Origin: an uncultured virus (IMG/VR IMGVR_UViG_3300043429_001189)
Taxonomy: Duplodnaviria; Heunggongvirae; Uroviricota; Caudoviricetes
Length of the DNA: 64,000 bases
IMG/VR virus record: IMGVR_UViG_3300043429_001189
Coordinates: 1-64,000 of that record
Strand: one strand, 5' to 3'
Part shown: positions 27,322 through 38,008 of the stretch, in pieces
Position numbering within the stretch: the first letter of the stretch is position 1
How the letters are laid out: each line of letters opens with the position of its first letter
Notes under the pieces: generated by a model
Told to the model about the DNA's origin: nothing
Seen by the model: only the letters and a program-made list of their open reading frames with translations
The model's database searches: none
Translations under genes and position numbers: made by a program

Positions 27322-27642
27322 TTAGTTTTGTACTTCATTAATATTTTTTTGTACTTCTTCTAAGACTAAATTTTTTGCTTCCTCTAAAGAGATATTTAAA
27401 CGTTCACTTAAGTCTTTATAAAAATTATTTTCTTGCTGTGTTACATATTGCATTTTTGCAACAATGATATTCATATCATCTTCGGCATTTCTAATTTGAG
27501 CACCTACTTTACTTGCCTCGGCATAAATTTTTCTTAGTTGCTCAAGTAATTCGGATATTTTTTGAATTTCATCCTGCGACAGCTTAGAAGATTTGTAATT
27601 TATCATTGGCTCAGGTGTAATTAAATCTTTATTAGTTTCCAT
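27322..27642 (-). CDS. Coiled-coil hypothetical protein
   Basis: Likely start METNKD at 27642; heptad-like charged sequence. Confidence 0.6.
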   Translation of the reverse strand: METNKDLITPEPMINYKSSKLSQDEIQKISELLEQLRKIYAEASKVGAQIRNAEDDMNIIVAKMQYVTQQENNFYKDLSERLNISLEEAKNLVLEEVQKNINEVQN

Positions 27643-27668
27643 ATTATACTTATTATATACAAATTGTT

Positions 27669-28307
27669 TTAAATAGTTTTGTGATGCGCTTCGATTGTTT
27701 TTAATACCCAATATGAATCAACGATATCATCAAGAGGTTTAAGCCAGGCACCTTTTTTATTTTGAAATTTTTCAGGATTTTCTTTTAAAGATTTATGTAA
27801 AGATGTATTAATCAAGAATGCATCGGTAGAATTAATAAATGCTTCTATCATATTTTCTTTTTTAAAGTTTCCTTTGCCAGCTGTTGATTTAACGGTCATA
27901 GGCGAATATACATTAAAATTCTCAATATCCAAACCATTTTTAATTAACTCCCATCGCAAAACCCATTGATATCCACTTATTTGTGCAAGACGGTTTCCAG
28001 TGGATGCAAAAGAGAATCCTTCTATACCCCATTCTTTAATAGGTATTCCTGCAAAACAATTTGTTATTTGTGGAATTAATAATAAAGCATCTTTTACAGA
28101 TGTTCGTTCTCTTTCACCTATTGAAGCTTTTTTATGCGGAGCAGCTTCTTCGTCTGATTCAAATAATAAAACCTCCGCATCTAAAAATGCTTGTTTATCT
28201 TTTTCTTTAATTATGCCATTTCTTGCATAAGAATAAAAATTATAAGAATTTTCGGTTTTGAGAGTTGCGGCTGCTGATTTGATTGAAAAGTCAATCCCTA
28301 AAATCAT
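27669..28307 (-). CDS. RuvC-like (RNase H fold) Holliday junction resolvase
   Basis: ILGIDFS, IEGFSF, PMTVK...GKGN..K..M and DDIVDSY. Confidence 0.8.
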   Translation of the reverse strand: MILGIDFSIKSAAATLKTENSYNFYSYARNGIIKEKDKQAFLDAEVLLFESDEEAAPHKKASIGERERTSVKDALLLIPQITNCFAGIPIKEWGIEGFSFASTGNRLAQISGYQWVLRWELIKNGLDIENFNVYSPMTVKSTAGKGNFKKENMIEAFINSTDAFLINTSLHKSLKENPEKFQNKKGAWLKPLDDIVDSYWVLKTIEAHHKTI

Positions 28308-28627
28308 TTATTCATATTGTTTTGTATAGCATTGCCTAATGCGGCTGATACCAAGCGTGATGTAAACATATCATATAAAATTCCTTTTTCAATACCTAGT
28401 GCTCTTGCAACAACCCTACCTATTGAAGGCCCTACTAAATACCCTAACGCTGCACCAAAAATACCTTCACTTATTGCTTTCTCTAATCCGGGTATTCCTT
28501 CTTTGTCAACAATTTCATTTAATTTTTTTTCAAAATTGCCAACCTCTATGATTTGATCTTCATCAAGTTCATAAATTTCGATTTGTTCAATCTTTGGAGG
28601 GTTTCTAAATTCTTTAAAACTTTTCAT
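28304..28627 (-). CDS. Small protein with CTS-like start and Gly-rich hydrophobic region
   Basis: MKSFKEF start and ISE|GIFGAALGYLVGPSIG. Confidence 0.6.
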   Translation of the reverse strand: MKSFKEFRNPPKIEQIEIYELDEDQIIEVGNFEKKLNEIVDKEGIPGLEKAISEGIFGAALGYLVGPSIGRVVARALGIEKGILYDMFTSRLVSAALGNAIQNNMNK

Positions 28628-28628
28628 T

Positions 28629-29174
28629 TTAATCAAATCTTTTCTTAATGTTTACGTAGTTATACTTAAAATTAGCAGTAAAATTCTTAAAATCCGCTGT
28701 GTTTGATGAATAATCAAGTTCAAGTTCAGATAAACTAGTATATACTATTTGTGAAAGTTCAACTGCAACAAATTCAAATCCTGATTGGTCCAAAAAGGAA
28801 ATGGTTACATCTCCTAAATATTTATTTTTTTGGTCCAAATCATAATATTCAAAAAACATATCAAACATTACCCAATAATTTATATATCCTTCATAAGATT
28901 TAAAAGTTATAGTAAAATTGCGGTCCAACCAATATATAGGTCGCAAGCCAGCCTTTGCAGTTACAGGATCTTCATATAATGTCTGTTCAACCGTTTCTGC
29001 GGTTAATGAAGGAAATGAGATTGATTGTATGCCCGCTGTCATATAATCATGCAAATTTTCATATGGCAGAGGTAATCTTTTAATGTACGTTTCGTATTTA
29101 TTAACAATTTCTGGGTAGAAAAAGTTTTTTTGAAGCCGTACAATAAAATTGGTATTTTTGCTATTTAAAATCAT
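28629..29174 (-). CDS. Tail tube / baseplate-tube (gp19/gp54-like) protein
   Basis: 181 aa, beta-rich: IQSISFPSL, FTITFK, LSELELDY, FTANFKY. It lies at the end of the structural operon. Confidence 0.55.
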   Translation of the reverse strand: MILNSKNTNFIVRLQKNFFYPEIVNKYETYIKRLPLPYENLHDYMTAGIQSISFPSLTAETVEQTLYEDPVTAKAGLRPIYWLDRNFTITFKSYEGYINYWVMFDMFFEYYDLDQKNKYLGDVTISFLDQSGFEFVAVELSQIVYTSLSELELDYSSNTADFKNFTANFKYNYVNIKKRFD

Positions 29175-29179
29175 AAAGT

Positions 29180-31324
29180 TTATCTAAATTCAAAATTTGT
29201 TGTGCCATCAGCATTAACACTTGAAACAATTCCTTCTTCGCGTTTTTCGTTATTAATAGGAATCGTTTGTCCAGATGGATTTTTAACAACAGGTGCTGTT
29301 GCTGCCCAATTGTTTGATTCCATATTGGGAGTTAACCCAGGAATTTCAGGTATGTTTAATGTACTTGCTGTGCTATTATTTGCATTTGCTAATGCATAAT
29401 TCACTGCGGCGGATTGTGATGTTGCAGTAACTATTCCTTTGGTTGTGCTAACAGCATTATTGGCAATTTGCGCTTGTGCTATTGAATTAGCGGGGGATGA
29501 AGATGTGCTTGTTACGCCTGAAGTTGCAACAGCTGTGCCTGTTCCTGTAGTTACATTTAATGTTAATGCTTTAAGTTTTTGTTTAAGTTGAGTAATTTCC
29601 TCGTCTTTTTGCAATAAGGCAGCAGATATCGAAGTCTTAAATTCAATATTTTCAAATTCTCCTGTGTATATTAAAACGTCATCACCTTCTACATTTTTAT
29701 TAACCAAATAATAATTTCTTGTTGTCCCTCCTAAAAGTTTAACCGCGGTTTCACTGTCTATTTTAAATAAAATTTCACCTGCCCCAGGATTTGCTGCTTC
29801 AATATTTTGAACAGGATCTATAAATATTTGTGAATTATCACTGAACACAAAACTTAATTTTACATTCATCCCGTTACTTGCAAGATCCAATGTAACATTT
29901 TGTTTTTTATCCTTTGATTTTGTAAAAATTTTGAATTTTACAAAATTATCAAACGGATTCATATAAAAAATATTTGTTCCTTGTGGATATACAACTTGTC
30001 CTAAATCAGCCGAATCTATTTCGGTTGTTGAGGCAACAGAAATAAAATTAACATCATAATAATTATTAACATAGCTGTATTGAGTTATTATTCTAGGTGT
30101 TCCAAATGAAACACTTGGAGCAGGAGTATCATCGGTTTTAACAATTTTATTGTAAACTTTAATTGGTCTAAATCCTTCTAAAGCATTAATCTTTTCTAAT
30201 TGATAACCGTATTTTTTTGCGTCTGTTGAAGAAAACGTTGATCTTCTAACTATTTCTTTGTTACTTACTTTATTTACTAAACGCATAATATATTCAATAT
30301 TATAAGAATATATTGCAGCAGCATTTCTTAATACTGGCCTATAAATTGACGGCTGGTCAAAATTATCTTCTTGCAAAATTGTCACATCAGACGTTTTAAT
30401 AAAGTTGGTTCCTATTTGTTCGTATACCGTTAATTGGTTGATAACAACCCATTGACCTGATTCGTTCAATAGATTAATGTAATCTTCAATAAACCCTCCT
30501 TGAAAAGTAGGGTAATATTCTATAAAATCAAATTCTGCATTTTCTTTAATCACTGCGCCAACAAAAGAGTACTCATCTTGCTGATTGACAGAGCTATTCC
30601 ATGTAGTTCCAATATTAAGATATCTATTTCCATTGGTTTCTGTAATTGAATTTATTTCATACAGATTAATGCTTATTTGTGAAGACTGTGAAAAACCTAC
30701 ATTACCAAAAGTGTATTGATATCCTACTGAATTTGTTGCCGCAGGAGAAGTCCAGAAATCTAAATTTACATTATATAAAGAAGGAACTTTAAATTCTATG
30801 TATCTATCAAAATATCTATCAGCAATAAAAATAGGATCGGGAGAAAATGTTACATCAGGTTCACTTCTTAAATAAACATTAGCAGCAGCGGTAAAAGGAC
30901 GTTGATTTGTCCCGTTTGCAGTCCATTCATTAAATGCTATTTCTGTGATTACACCATCTAATCCAGGAAATGTGAATCCAGCTAAAAAATGAACACGAAC
31001 AGTATCATATTTTTGATTTGATAATAAACTTGCGGTAACATCAGTTAAAACAAAATTATTATCTCGTTGGATAATAGGAACAGGTGTATCTATGTCATGA
31101 TATGCCCAAACTTTTGAATCTAATCCTAGTTTGCTAGCTGATTTATCAAGAATGTTGCCAGTTCTTTTGTATGCCTGAGCATTATTTAAAAACTGATACG
31201 TATTAGTGTATCTATTCTGCAAACGTAAACATCTTGCTTGTGATGTTGTAATTGTTTCATTAGAATAGATGTATTCTACTAATGCATAATTTGTTATTTG
31301 TATGTACTGTGAAGTAGCAGACAT
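29180..31324 (-). CDS. Virion structural protein
   Basis: 714-aa ORF in the structural operon with a Thr/Ser/Ala-rich C-terminus. Confidence 0.55.
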   Translation of the reverse strand: MSATSQYIQITNYALVEYIYSNETITTSQARCLRLQNRYTNTYQFLNNAQAYKRTGNILDKSASKLGLDSKVWAYHDIDTPVPIIQRDNNFVLTDVTASLLSNQKYDTVRVHFLAGFTFPGLDGVITEIAFNEWTANGTNQRPFTAAANVYLRSEPDVTFSPDPIFIADRYFDRYIEFKVPSLYNVNLDFWTSPAATNSVGYQYTFGNVGFSQSSQISINLYEINSITETNGNRYLNIGTTWNSSVNQQDEYSFVGAVIKENAEFDFIEYYPTFQGGFIEDYINLLNESGQWVVINQLTVYEQIGTNFIKTSDVTILQEDNFDQPSIYRPVLRNAAAIYSYNIEYIMRLVNKVSNKEIVRRSTFSSTDAKKYGYQLEKINALEGFRPIKVYNKIVKTDDTPAPSVSFGTPRIITQYSYVNNYYDVNFISVASTTEIDSADLGQVVYPQGTNIFYMNPFDNFVKFKIFTKSKDKKQNVTLDLASNGMNVKLSFVFSDNSQIFIDPVQNIEAANPGAGEILFKIDSETAVKLLGGTTRNYYLVNKNVEGDDVLIYTGEFENIEFKTSISAALLQKDEEITQLKQKLKALTLNVTTGTGTAVATSGVTSTSSSPANSIAQAQIANNAVSTTKGIVTATSQSAAVNYALANANNSTASTLNIPEIPGLTPNMESNNWAATAPVVKNPSGQTIPINNEKREEGIVSSVNADGTTNFEFR

Positions 31325-31334
31325 TTTAAAAAAT

Positions 31335-31835
31335 TTATTTTATTGCTATTATTCCCAAGATTAAACCAATTAAGGATATGCCGCTGATTGAACCGCCTAC
31401 TAGCATTTTAGTTTTTAAACTATGTATTTCTTTTTGATAGATATCTTCAATTTCTTTAGACTTATCTAATTGTGATTCCAATGTTACAATTGCTTCCTCC
31501 CTGTTTATTATCATTTCTTTAAGTTCAGAAATTTGTGTATTTTTATAATCCACAGCTTCTTTTAGGATATTTATTTGAACATACTGTTCCATGATTAATT
31601 TATCTTTTGATGATATTATCTTTAAACAAATACTATCATATTCGGCTACTTCTAAATTTAATTTTTCAAACCAAAAAAGTAGGTCAGTTAAATTATCAAG
31701 TTTTTGAGCTTGTTCAACCGTCATTATAATTACATCATTGCCCGAAGAATCTTTTTCAAAAATAGGATAATTTGTCTGACCTAACAAAGAAAAAGAAAAA
31801 GAAATACATAATATTAATAGAATACTTTTAATCAT
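31335..31835 (-). CDS. Secreted/membrane coiled-coil protein (possible spanin component)
   Basis: Signal-like N-terminus, coiled coil and C-terminal hydrophobic segment. Confidence 0.45.
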   Translation of the reverse strand: MIKSILLILCISFSFSLLGQTNYPIFEKDSSGNDVIIMTVEQAQKLDNLTDLLFWFEKLNLEVAEYDSICLKIISSKDKLIMEQYVQINILKEAVDYKNTQISELKEMIINREEAIVTLESQLDKSKEIEDIYQKEIHSLKTKMLVGGSISGISLIGLILGIIAIK

Positions 31836-32242
31836 ATCTCCAACTTAATTTTTAAAGAGTTAAGTAAATCTTCATTTGTTCTATTATTGGGATTTCTTTT
31901 TAACTCGTCAATCTTTTTTTGGGTTTCAGCTAATTCTTTTTTAATTAAAAATAACTCTCTTTGTGATCTATACAAGTTTCTTTGTAAAATTTCAATTTCT
32001 TTATCAGAATTTTTAATTTTGTCAACAAGAGTTAATTCTTTTTTTTCCAAAACTTGATAATCATATTTTAGGCGACGAAATTCTTCATTTAGAATTTCAT
32101 ATTCTTTGTATAATTCCTGTTTCTTTGCCTCAAGTGTTGCTATCTTTTCTTTATATCCACTATTACTTGTATACCACATTGATCCCAATACACCGCAACA
32201 TATAAGTAAGATAATAATTATAATATTTCTACTGTCTTTCAT
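31832..32242 (-). CDS. N-anchored coiled-coil protein (possible i-spanin)
   Basis: N-terminal TM IIIIILLICCGVLG followed by a long coiled coil; it overlaps the next gene by 4 nt. Confidence 0.45.
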   Translation of the reverse strand: MKDSRNIIIIILLICCGVLGSMWYTSNSGYKEKIATLEAKKQELYKEYEILNEEFRRLKYDYQVLEKKELTLVDKIKNSDKEIEILQRNLYRSQRELFLIKKELAETQKKIDELKRNPNNRTNEDLLNSLKIKLEI

Positions 32243-32254
32243 ATTTGTGATTTT

Positions 32255-35200
32255 TTATTCATCTTCAGCAGGAAATTCGGGAGGAGTTGTCCAACTGCGA
32301 GTGTAATTGTTAGAATACCTAATAATTGACTGTCCGCTTACGGTCAAGTATTTATAATATGTACCTGTGCCTGTGCCTGTTATCGATGATTCGTTAAACA
32401 TTGCATCTCTTAACGGTATATCATGGTGCATAATCGGATCGTCAAACATAATTTCTAATGCAAATGAATTACGGTTAACTGAACCTGATTCTGTAGGAAC
32501 AATACCTCCATTATCCGCATAATAATTACCAAATTGAGGAACAATTCTCCAAGCACAAGAACGGTTTCTGCTAAATGCACGGTTGCCCATAAGTTGGAAT
32601 GTTGCACCTAAATAAGTTTGAAAATATGCTTGACGTAAATCAGCAGCACCATCTATTTCATTTACCATATTAACGGACTGGGAATACACAAATTTGTTTG
32701 ATGCCTTTTTTGTGTCAATCCATGTGTAAGTTTTTGCAGTTCCTTCGATCCCTAATGATGTTGAGGCAGATTGTCTAGGCTGCCATAATATTGATGATTG
32801 GTCATTTGCAAAATAATAACTCATACCGTAATTGATAACATTGCCATTCCAACGGTTGAAATAATTTGAAGCTGTTGCGCCTGACGATTGATTTAACATA
32901 TAAAACGAATCGCCAGTATTAGATGTTGATAAAGTGCCTGCGGAAGTATCATCGCCAACAACAGCCCATCCAGAGTTCCAATTTTTATAAGAACTCCAAT
33001 TTGCAAAACCTAAACCATTTCCAAATAAATCATATAAAAACAAATTGCGCTGATAGTGATCATCGGTCAAATCGGTAGCAGATGGGAAGTATTTTAATCT
33101 GATAAATTGTGTCCATCTTGGTGAACCTCTGTCAATTAATTCAGATTGGTTACCTGATACCGAAGAATCACCAACTTCACCGGGCGCAATTCCAGTGTTT
33201 AGGTTGGGATTTCTAACAGCAACCGTAACATTAAAATCAATTAAAGCAAACTCACTGTTAATACGTTTGAATCTAAATTCGGATGCTTTATTTTCATAGT
33301 TTGGATCACCCCATCCTCCATCATAATTGCCTGTTGAGCCATCAAAAATATTATAAAATTTATCAATATTTCGTATCATGGTGGATGCTGTTCCACCACC
33401 TGTCATTCCCGTAGTATCATTACCATCTGGCCAACTAATATAACTTCTTCCATTGGGCATCGACGGTCCAATTGCATACATTTTAGCATATTGGTCACTT
33501 GTAAACAATTCTTTATAATCGCTTGCAAGAGGACCGGTATAACCTGCTGTAGGCCACACATCATCAAGCATTCTGCGATTTGTGTATATTACATGCGAAG
33601 GCCAATATCCTGTGCCTCCATTATTTCCTATTACGTCTGTTCCGCCTGAAACCACGCCGTACGTGGTAGTTCCATAATTTGATGTTGCACCTGTTACCGC
33701 AGCAACTCCTACAACTCCAGCTGTTGCAGTATATCCATAAATAAATTCCAATGTAACAACTTCCTCTAATAAGAAATTGTCCATATTTACCGTAACATTA
33801 TCAAACCCGCTATTCTTTTCTTTTTGCCCATAATGATCGGTAAATACCATAAACGTTCCGCCTGTATTATCCGTTTTAGGAATCCAATATTCGCGCAAAG
33901 AAGATTCATTTTGCGCTGATGCAACAACAGTATTGACTTTGCGATAAGCTGATGATGAAGTTATTGGTCTTGATGTTGAAGTATCACCCGGGATTTTTGT
34001 TGCGTCAGCCTCAAGGAATGTAAATACCAATTTTGGTGATTGCTGTCTTGCTTCTTTAACAGCAACAGCATCGCCCGAATTTTCATTCGCACCTGATAAT
34101 CCAAGTCCTTCACCGGCAACAAAATTGTTTAGTCTTATGTTTCCTAATATCAAAGGGTCTTGTTCAAATGTAAGACGGAATCCCATTCCTGAACCTATGG
34201 TGCCGTTCCATGTAACATTTTCGCCATCCCAAGCTGCGGCAACTGCGCCTACGGGTGCTTCATATGATCCAACATAAGAATCAAGTGGAGCACCACTTTC
34301 AAATTCTGTTGGGTGAGGAATCATTATTGCTTCCAACCAAGTAGAAGGAGGAGTACCGCCGGTTATTCCAAAGCCGCCAGTTTGTCCAGCAAAAAATATA
34401 GTACAAGATGTTACTCTTCCTTCCCAATCAGTTTGTAAATTTAATGCATTAACATATGACGTATTTGGCGCTTGATTATACGGACTTTTTAATACTATAT
34501 ACTTTAATGCATCAGCATTGGTAATGTTTATTGTTGAAGAAGGCGGATATCCCCAACCTCCGTTCTGTAAAGTACGTCCTGGTCTACCGTGTAATTTTTC
34601 TGCGGCAAATTCTGCTCTGAAAGTATCAGAAATGGTTGCGTTTGAATTTATTAATGCTGCATTACTTGTGGAAGAATTTTCAATAAAGCTTCCTGAAACA
34701 CCTGTATATAATACTAATCCATAAGCGCCAGACGCGCTATAATATGCTATGTTGTGATTGGGCGATGCGCCAGCCGTTGAAGGCGAAGCAGTTAATCCGT
34801 TTGCAACCGCTGGTCTTGGAACATAGTTTAAGAAGCCAGTTGTGATATTTCTTTCGGTTGAAGCATATGCATTTTCATCAAAACCAGCGGCGTTACCAAA
34901 TCCAACACTGCCATCTTTTTTGACTATAAGCTTGATATTGTTTAGTACATCTCGCGTACTCAATCGTTGTTCCCAAAATCTATAAGATTTTCCGCCATTA
35001 CGTCCAGACTTTATTGATGATATTGCAAGATCACCATCACCGTTTGTTAAAATTACTGAGCCTCCATTTTCAGTGCCTCCATTTGTGCCAGATATCCAAG
35101 TAATTGTTTCATCTTTAACATCTCCTTTATTCATCAAGTCTCTAAACAGATTAAATCCTTGATAATGAACAGGTTTAAATAAAGCATTCTCTATTCCTCC

Positions 35201-37975
35201 GTGTCTGAATGCATTATTAAATGCTCCGGTAGAAGCAGTAATACCAGACATATCATCTTTGTAAAAAGCTGCATACAAAGAACCGCTGTCTCCTGTATTA
35301 CCGTAAGGTATAATATGTCTAGTTGGTGATAGAATTTCTTTGAAAGGAAAGTTTGCGGCATTTGTTGAATATGCACCTAAACTTCCTGTACCTACTCCTG
35401 CCGTTGGTGATCCTCCTAATGTTGTATATGGATATTCCAAAATACCCGTTGGATATAAATATGAATCTCCTATAAAATCGGTAATTACTTGCGTATTTGA
35501 ACGATAATTTGGCTGATAATAAGGATACGTTGATGATAAACTTCCTTGCGCGGCATAAGCATATCCAGCATATACTGCATCATTATCAGTTATTCCTCTA
35601 TCAGTTTCATTATACTTATTTTTCCCGTAAATATGAAAACGCGTTCTTGGCCACAAATTATGAACACCAAATCCTGTAATTGCTGTTCCCGTATTGCTGA
35701 CTTCAGTTGCATTTGCATTTAATGGATGTAAAGCAACTTGAAACTCATTTCGATAATTATCAAGAATTTCACCGATATTTGTTCCTGTTGCTGCTGGCTG
35801 AACGCCTAATCTAAATGAATCAAATCCTTCATTTGCATACCATCCTTCTCTTCTAAAACCTATTCTAAAATTACCTGTTGCCGAAGTAATAGGAGATGTT
35901 CCAGATCCGTAAGGGTTTGCACTTTCATATGAACTTTCAACAGTTCTTCCCAAATAAAAATCAATAAAACCTTGATTATTTGCAGAAGACGTTGATGAAG
36001 TAAATGCTGCAACTTTGCTGAGTTGTGTATTAATGTCTAACTTATTTGCAATATTGCCAAATTGCATCCACACGTTTGTAGGATCATTTCCATCATTAGA
36101 AAGAACGGATGGATTGATATGTATATGCATTTTAGCAAGAGGCTCCCAGACGCCGTTGTCGTCACTTGTAAATGTACCTATACCTATATTTCTAAAAGGA
36201 GATACATATAATGAAGGCAAACTTCTTTGTTCATTTATAGAAGCGTCAATATCTTGACTTGACACGGCATGATCAGCACCCGCAACCGAACCGTCTAATT
36301 TATACTGTGAAGTATAGAATATAAGTTCACTTAAAAAATAAGTATCATCATTTGTTGTGTTCCAAGTACGCTTTCCTCTTTCAGCCATACCTGCAAGACG
36401 AGCGTATCCTTCTGATAAAGGATCCGATGAATTAGTTGACCAAGAAGAAACATCATCAAATCTAAATCCTGAACCATACCAAGAACGTCTTGTTTGGTTG
36501 CCTAATAAAGGTGTATCATTGAATAGACCGCTGCTTGCAATTCCTGCGCCGTAGTCTATAAAATTTGCAAGAGAAACTTGCCCACCTACATTTTTGCCGT
36601 TTGCTGCGGATATAAATCCTTGAAACACTCTATAAGCGTATGGGCTTGAACTTTCGCGATATGTTTCATCACCAGAATTAACATAATCTGATGATAAAAC
36701 TAAATCTTGAGGCAAAGCACATATTATTTGATTTGAAGTTGTTAATGATTTAACATCAAGAACTAGTTCAGCCAAATTTATTGTTCTTGCATTGGAAATT
36801 CCAGCGCCAGCAGACATTGCATCGTAATCTTCAGGAGACGGAGCCAATCTTGTTGACAATAAAAACATTGATTTTGTTTCCTTTGGAAAGATTGAACCTG
36901 CTGTTGAACCTGCGGTTATACCAGCGCCACCACCGTACGGAGTTGCTAATGTAGCGGTATATTGATAAAGTCCTAATGTACTAAAACGTTCTTCGCCAAT
37001 TCCGCTATCTGGCCTTAATTCTGACCAAAAGAAAAGAGGAGTATAATCATCAAGAGGTGTGTCATACATCGGTTTAACCCAATATCCATCACCTGACAAA
37101 GGAACGATTCCTACTCTTGGGTAGGACGTGTCCTCTGCATTTGCAGGTTGATCCAATAAAGTGGTAGACCTTGCATTAATTATACTATGATATGGTAAAG
37201 AATCTAAACTAAATTTAAACAGTAAACGATCAACCCCTGCATTCCATCTACCAGGTTGAGGAAACGGCAATGCAGCATCTCCGTAATCTTGCCCCCAACT
37301 TTCAATCGATGGTGTATTATAATCTTGAGATCCTGTTGCTCCTGAATTGCCTGCACTTACCCAAATTGTTCCATATTTGCTGTTAAAACGTGCATTTGGT
37401 ATCTTAAGAGGAGAAGAAGATGTATCAAATGGTCCTGTTGCATAAGGAGGGTTTGTAAAATATGTAGAATAATCATATGTCCAAACATTACTCAAATCTT
37501 GTGTTTCAGGTTGAGGGTAAAAATACCACCCAGGCCCTCCGTAATATCCTGTGCCAGTTGGCGGATATGTTGGTCCAATATTTGCATATTGCCCTTCCGA
37601 ATCAGCGGATGTTAAATACATCCAATAACCACGATTATAGTGATCTATATAAATATCTCCTTGTCCACCTGTTCCTATAGTTATGTCTAAATAATCAAGA
37701 GATGCAATAGGCCAAGGACCTGCTATTGATGATGGACCAGTTGTTCCGCTAACTCCATCAGCAAAAGGAATCATATATGCACTTAATCCAGTAGGTCCAA
37801 CTGGACCTTGCGCCCCCGTTTCTCCTTTTCTACCCGGTAAACCCGGTAATCCTTGATTACCTCGGATTCCTTGAGGCCCTCCACCCGCGAGTGATATTAC
37901 TTGAAAGTTATTATTAAGTTTAGCAATTATTGTTGATAAACTGTCGCTTTCAAGAAGATTTTGTAATGTTATCAT
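32255..37975 (-). CDS. Large tail fibre-like protein with collagen repeat (1906 aa)
   Basis: N-terminal SDSLSTIIAKLNNNF, G-X-Y repeat, fibre-like motifs NIGIGT...LHI and Gly/Thr-rich composition. Confidence 0.7.
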   Translation of the reverse strand: MITLQNLLESDSLSTIIAKLNNNFQVISLAGGGPQGIRGNQGLPGLPGRKGETGAQGPVGPTGLSAYMIPFADGVSGTTGPSSIAGPWPIASLDYLDITIGTGGQGDIYIDHYNRGYWMYLTSADSEGQYANIGPTYPPTGTGYYGGPGWYFYPQPETQDLSNVWTYDYSTYFTNPPYATGPFDTSSSPLKIPNARFNSKYGTIWVSAGNSGATGSQDYNTPSIESWGQDYGDAALPFPQPGRWNAGVDRLLFKFSLDSLPYHSIINARSTTLLDQPANAEDTSYPRVGIVPLSGDGYWVKPMYDTPLDDYTPLFFWSELRPDSGIGEERFSTLGLYQYTATLATPYGGGAGITAGSTAGSIFPKETKSMFLLSTRLAPSPEDYDAMSAGAGISNARTINLAELVLDVKSLTTSNQIICALPQDLVLSSDYVNSGDETYRESSSPYAYRVFQGFISAANGKNVGGQVSLANFIDYGAGIASSGLFNDTPLLGNQTRRSWYGSGFRFDDVSSWSTNSSDPLSEGYARLAGMAERGKRTWNTTNDDTYFLSELIFYTSQYKLDGSVAGADHAVSSQDIDASINEQRSLPSLYVSPFRNIGIGTFTSDDNGVWEPLAKMHIHINPSVLSNDGNDPTNVWMQFGNIANKLDINTQLSKVAAFTSSTSSANNQGFIDFYLGRTVESSYESANPYGSGTSPITSATGNFRIGFRREGWYANEGFDSFRLGVQPAATGTNIGEILDNYRNEFQVALHPLNANATEVSNTGTAITGFGVHNLWPRTRFHIYGKNKYNETDRGITDNDAVYAGYAYAAQGSLSSTYPYYQPNYRSNTQVITDFIGDSYLYPTGILEYPYTTLGGSPTAGVGTGSLGAYSTNAANFPFKEILSPTRHIIPYGNTGDSGSLYAAFYKDDMSGITASTGAFNNAFRHGGIENALFKPVHYQGFNLFRDLMNKGDVKDETITWISGTNGGTENGGSVILTNGDGDLAISSIKSGRNGGKSYRFWEQRLSTRDVLNNIKLIVKKDGSVGFGNAAGFDENAYASTERNITTGFLNYVPRPAVANGLTASPSTAGASPNHNIAYYSASGAYGLVLYTGVSGSFIENSSTSNAALINSNATISDTFRAEFAAEKLHGRPGRTLQNGGWGYPPSSTINITNADALKYIVLKSPYNQAPNTSYVNALNLQTDWEGRVTSCTIFFAGQTGGFGITGGTPPSTWLEAIMIPHPTEFESGAPLDSYVGSYEAPVGAVAAAWDGENVTWNGTIGSGMGFRLTFEQDPLILGNIRLNNFVAGEGLGLSGANENSGDAVAVKEARQQSPKLVFTFLEADATKIPGDTSTSRPITSSSAYRKVNTVVASAQNESSLREYWIPKTDNTGGTFMVFTDHYGQKEKNSGFDNVTVNMDNFLLEEVVTLEFIYGYTATAGVVGVAAVTGATSNYGTTTYGVVSGGTDVIGNNGGTGYWPSHVIYTNRRMLDDVWPTAGYTGPLASDYKELFTSDQYAKMYAIGPSMPNGRSYISWPDGNDTTGMTGGGTASTMIRNIDKFYNIFDGSTGNYDGGWGDPNYENKASEFRFKRINSEFALIDFNVTVAVRNPNLNTGIAPGEVGDSSVSGNQSELIDRGSPRWTQFIRLKYFPSATDLTDDHYQRNLFLYDLFGNGLGFANWSSYKNWNSGWAVVGDDTSAGTLSTSNTGDSFYMLNQSSGATASNYFNRWNGNVINYGMSYYFANDQSSILWQPRQSASTSLGIEGTAKTYTWIDTKKASNKFVYSQSVNMVNEIDGAADLRQAYFQTYLGATFQLMGNRAFSRNRSCAWRIVPQFGNYYADNGGIVPTESGSVNRNSFALEIMFDDPIMHHDIPLRDAMFNESSITGTGTGTYYKYLTVSGQSIIRYSNNYTRSWTTPPEFPAEDE
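37787..37880 (-). repeat. Collagen-like (Gly-X-Y)10 repeat
   Basis: GPQGIRGNQGLPGLPGRKGETGAQGPVGPTG. Confidence 0.85.
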
Positions 37976-38008
37976 TTTTGATCTTTTTCTTCCTTTTTTC
38001 TATATATC

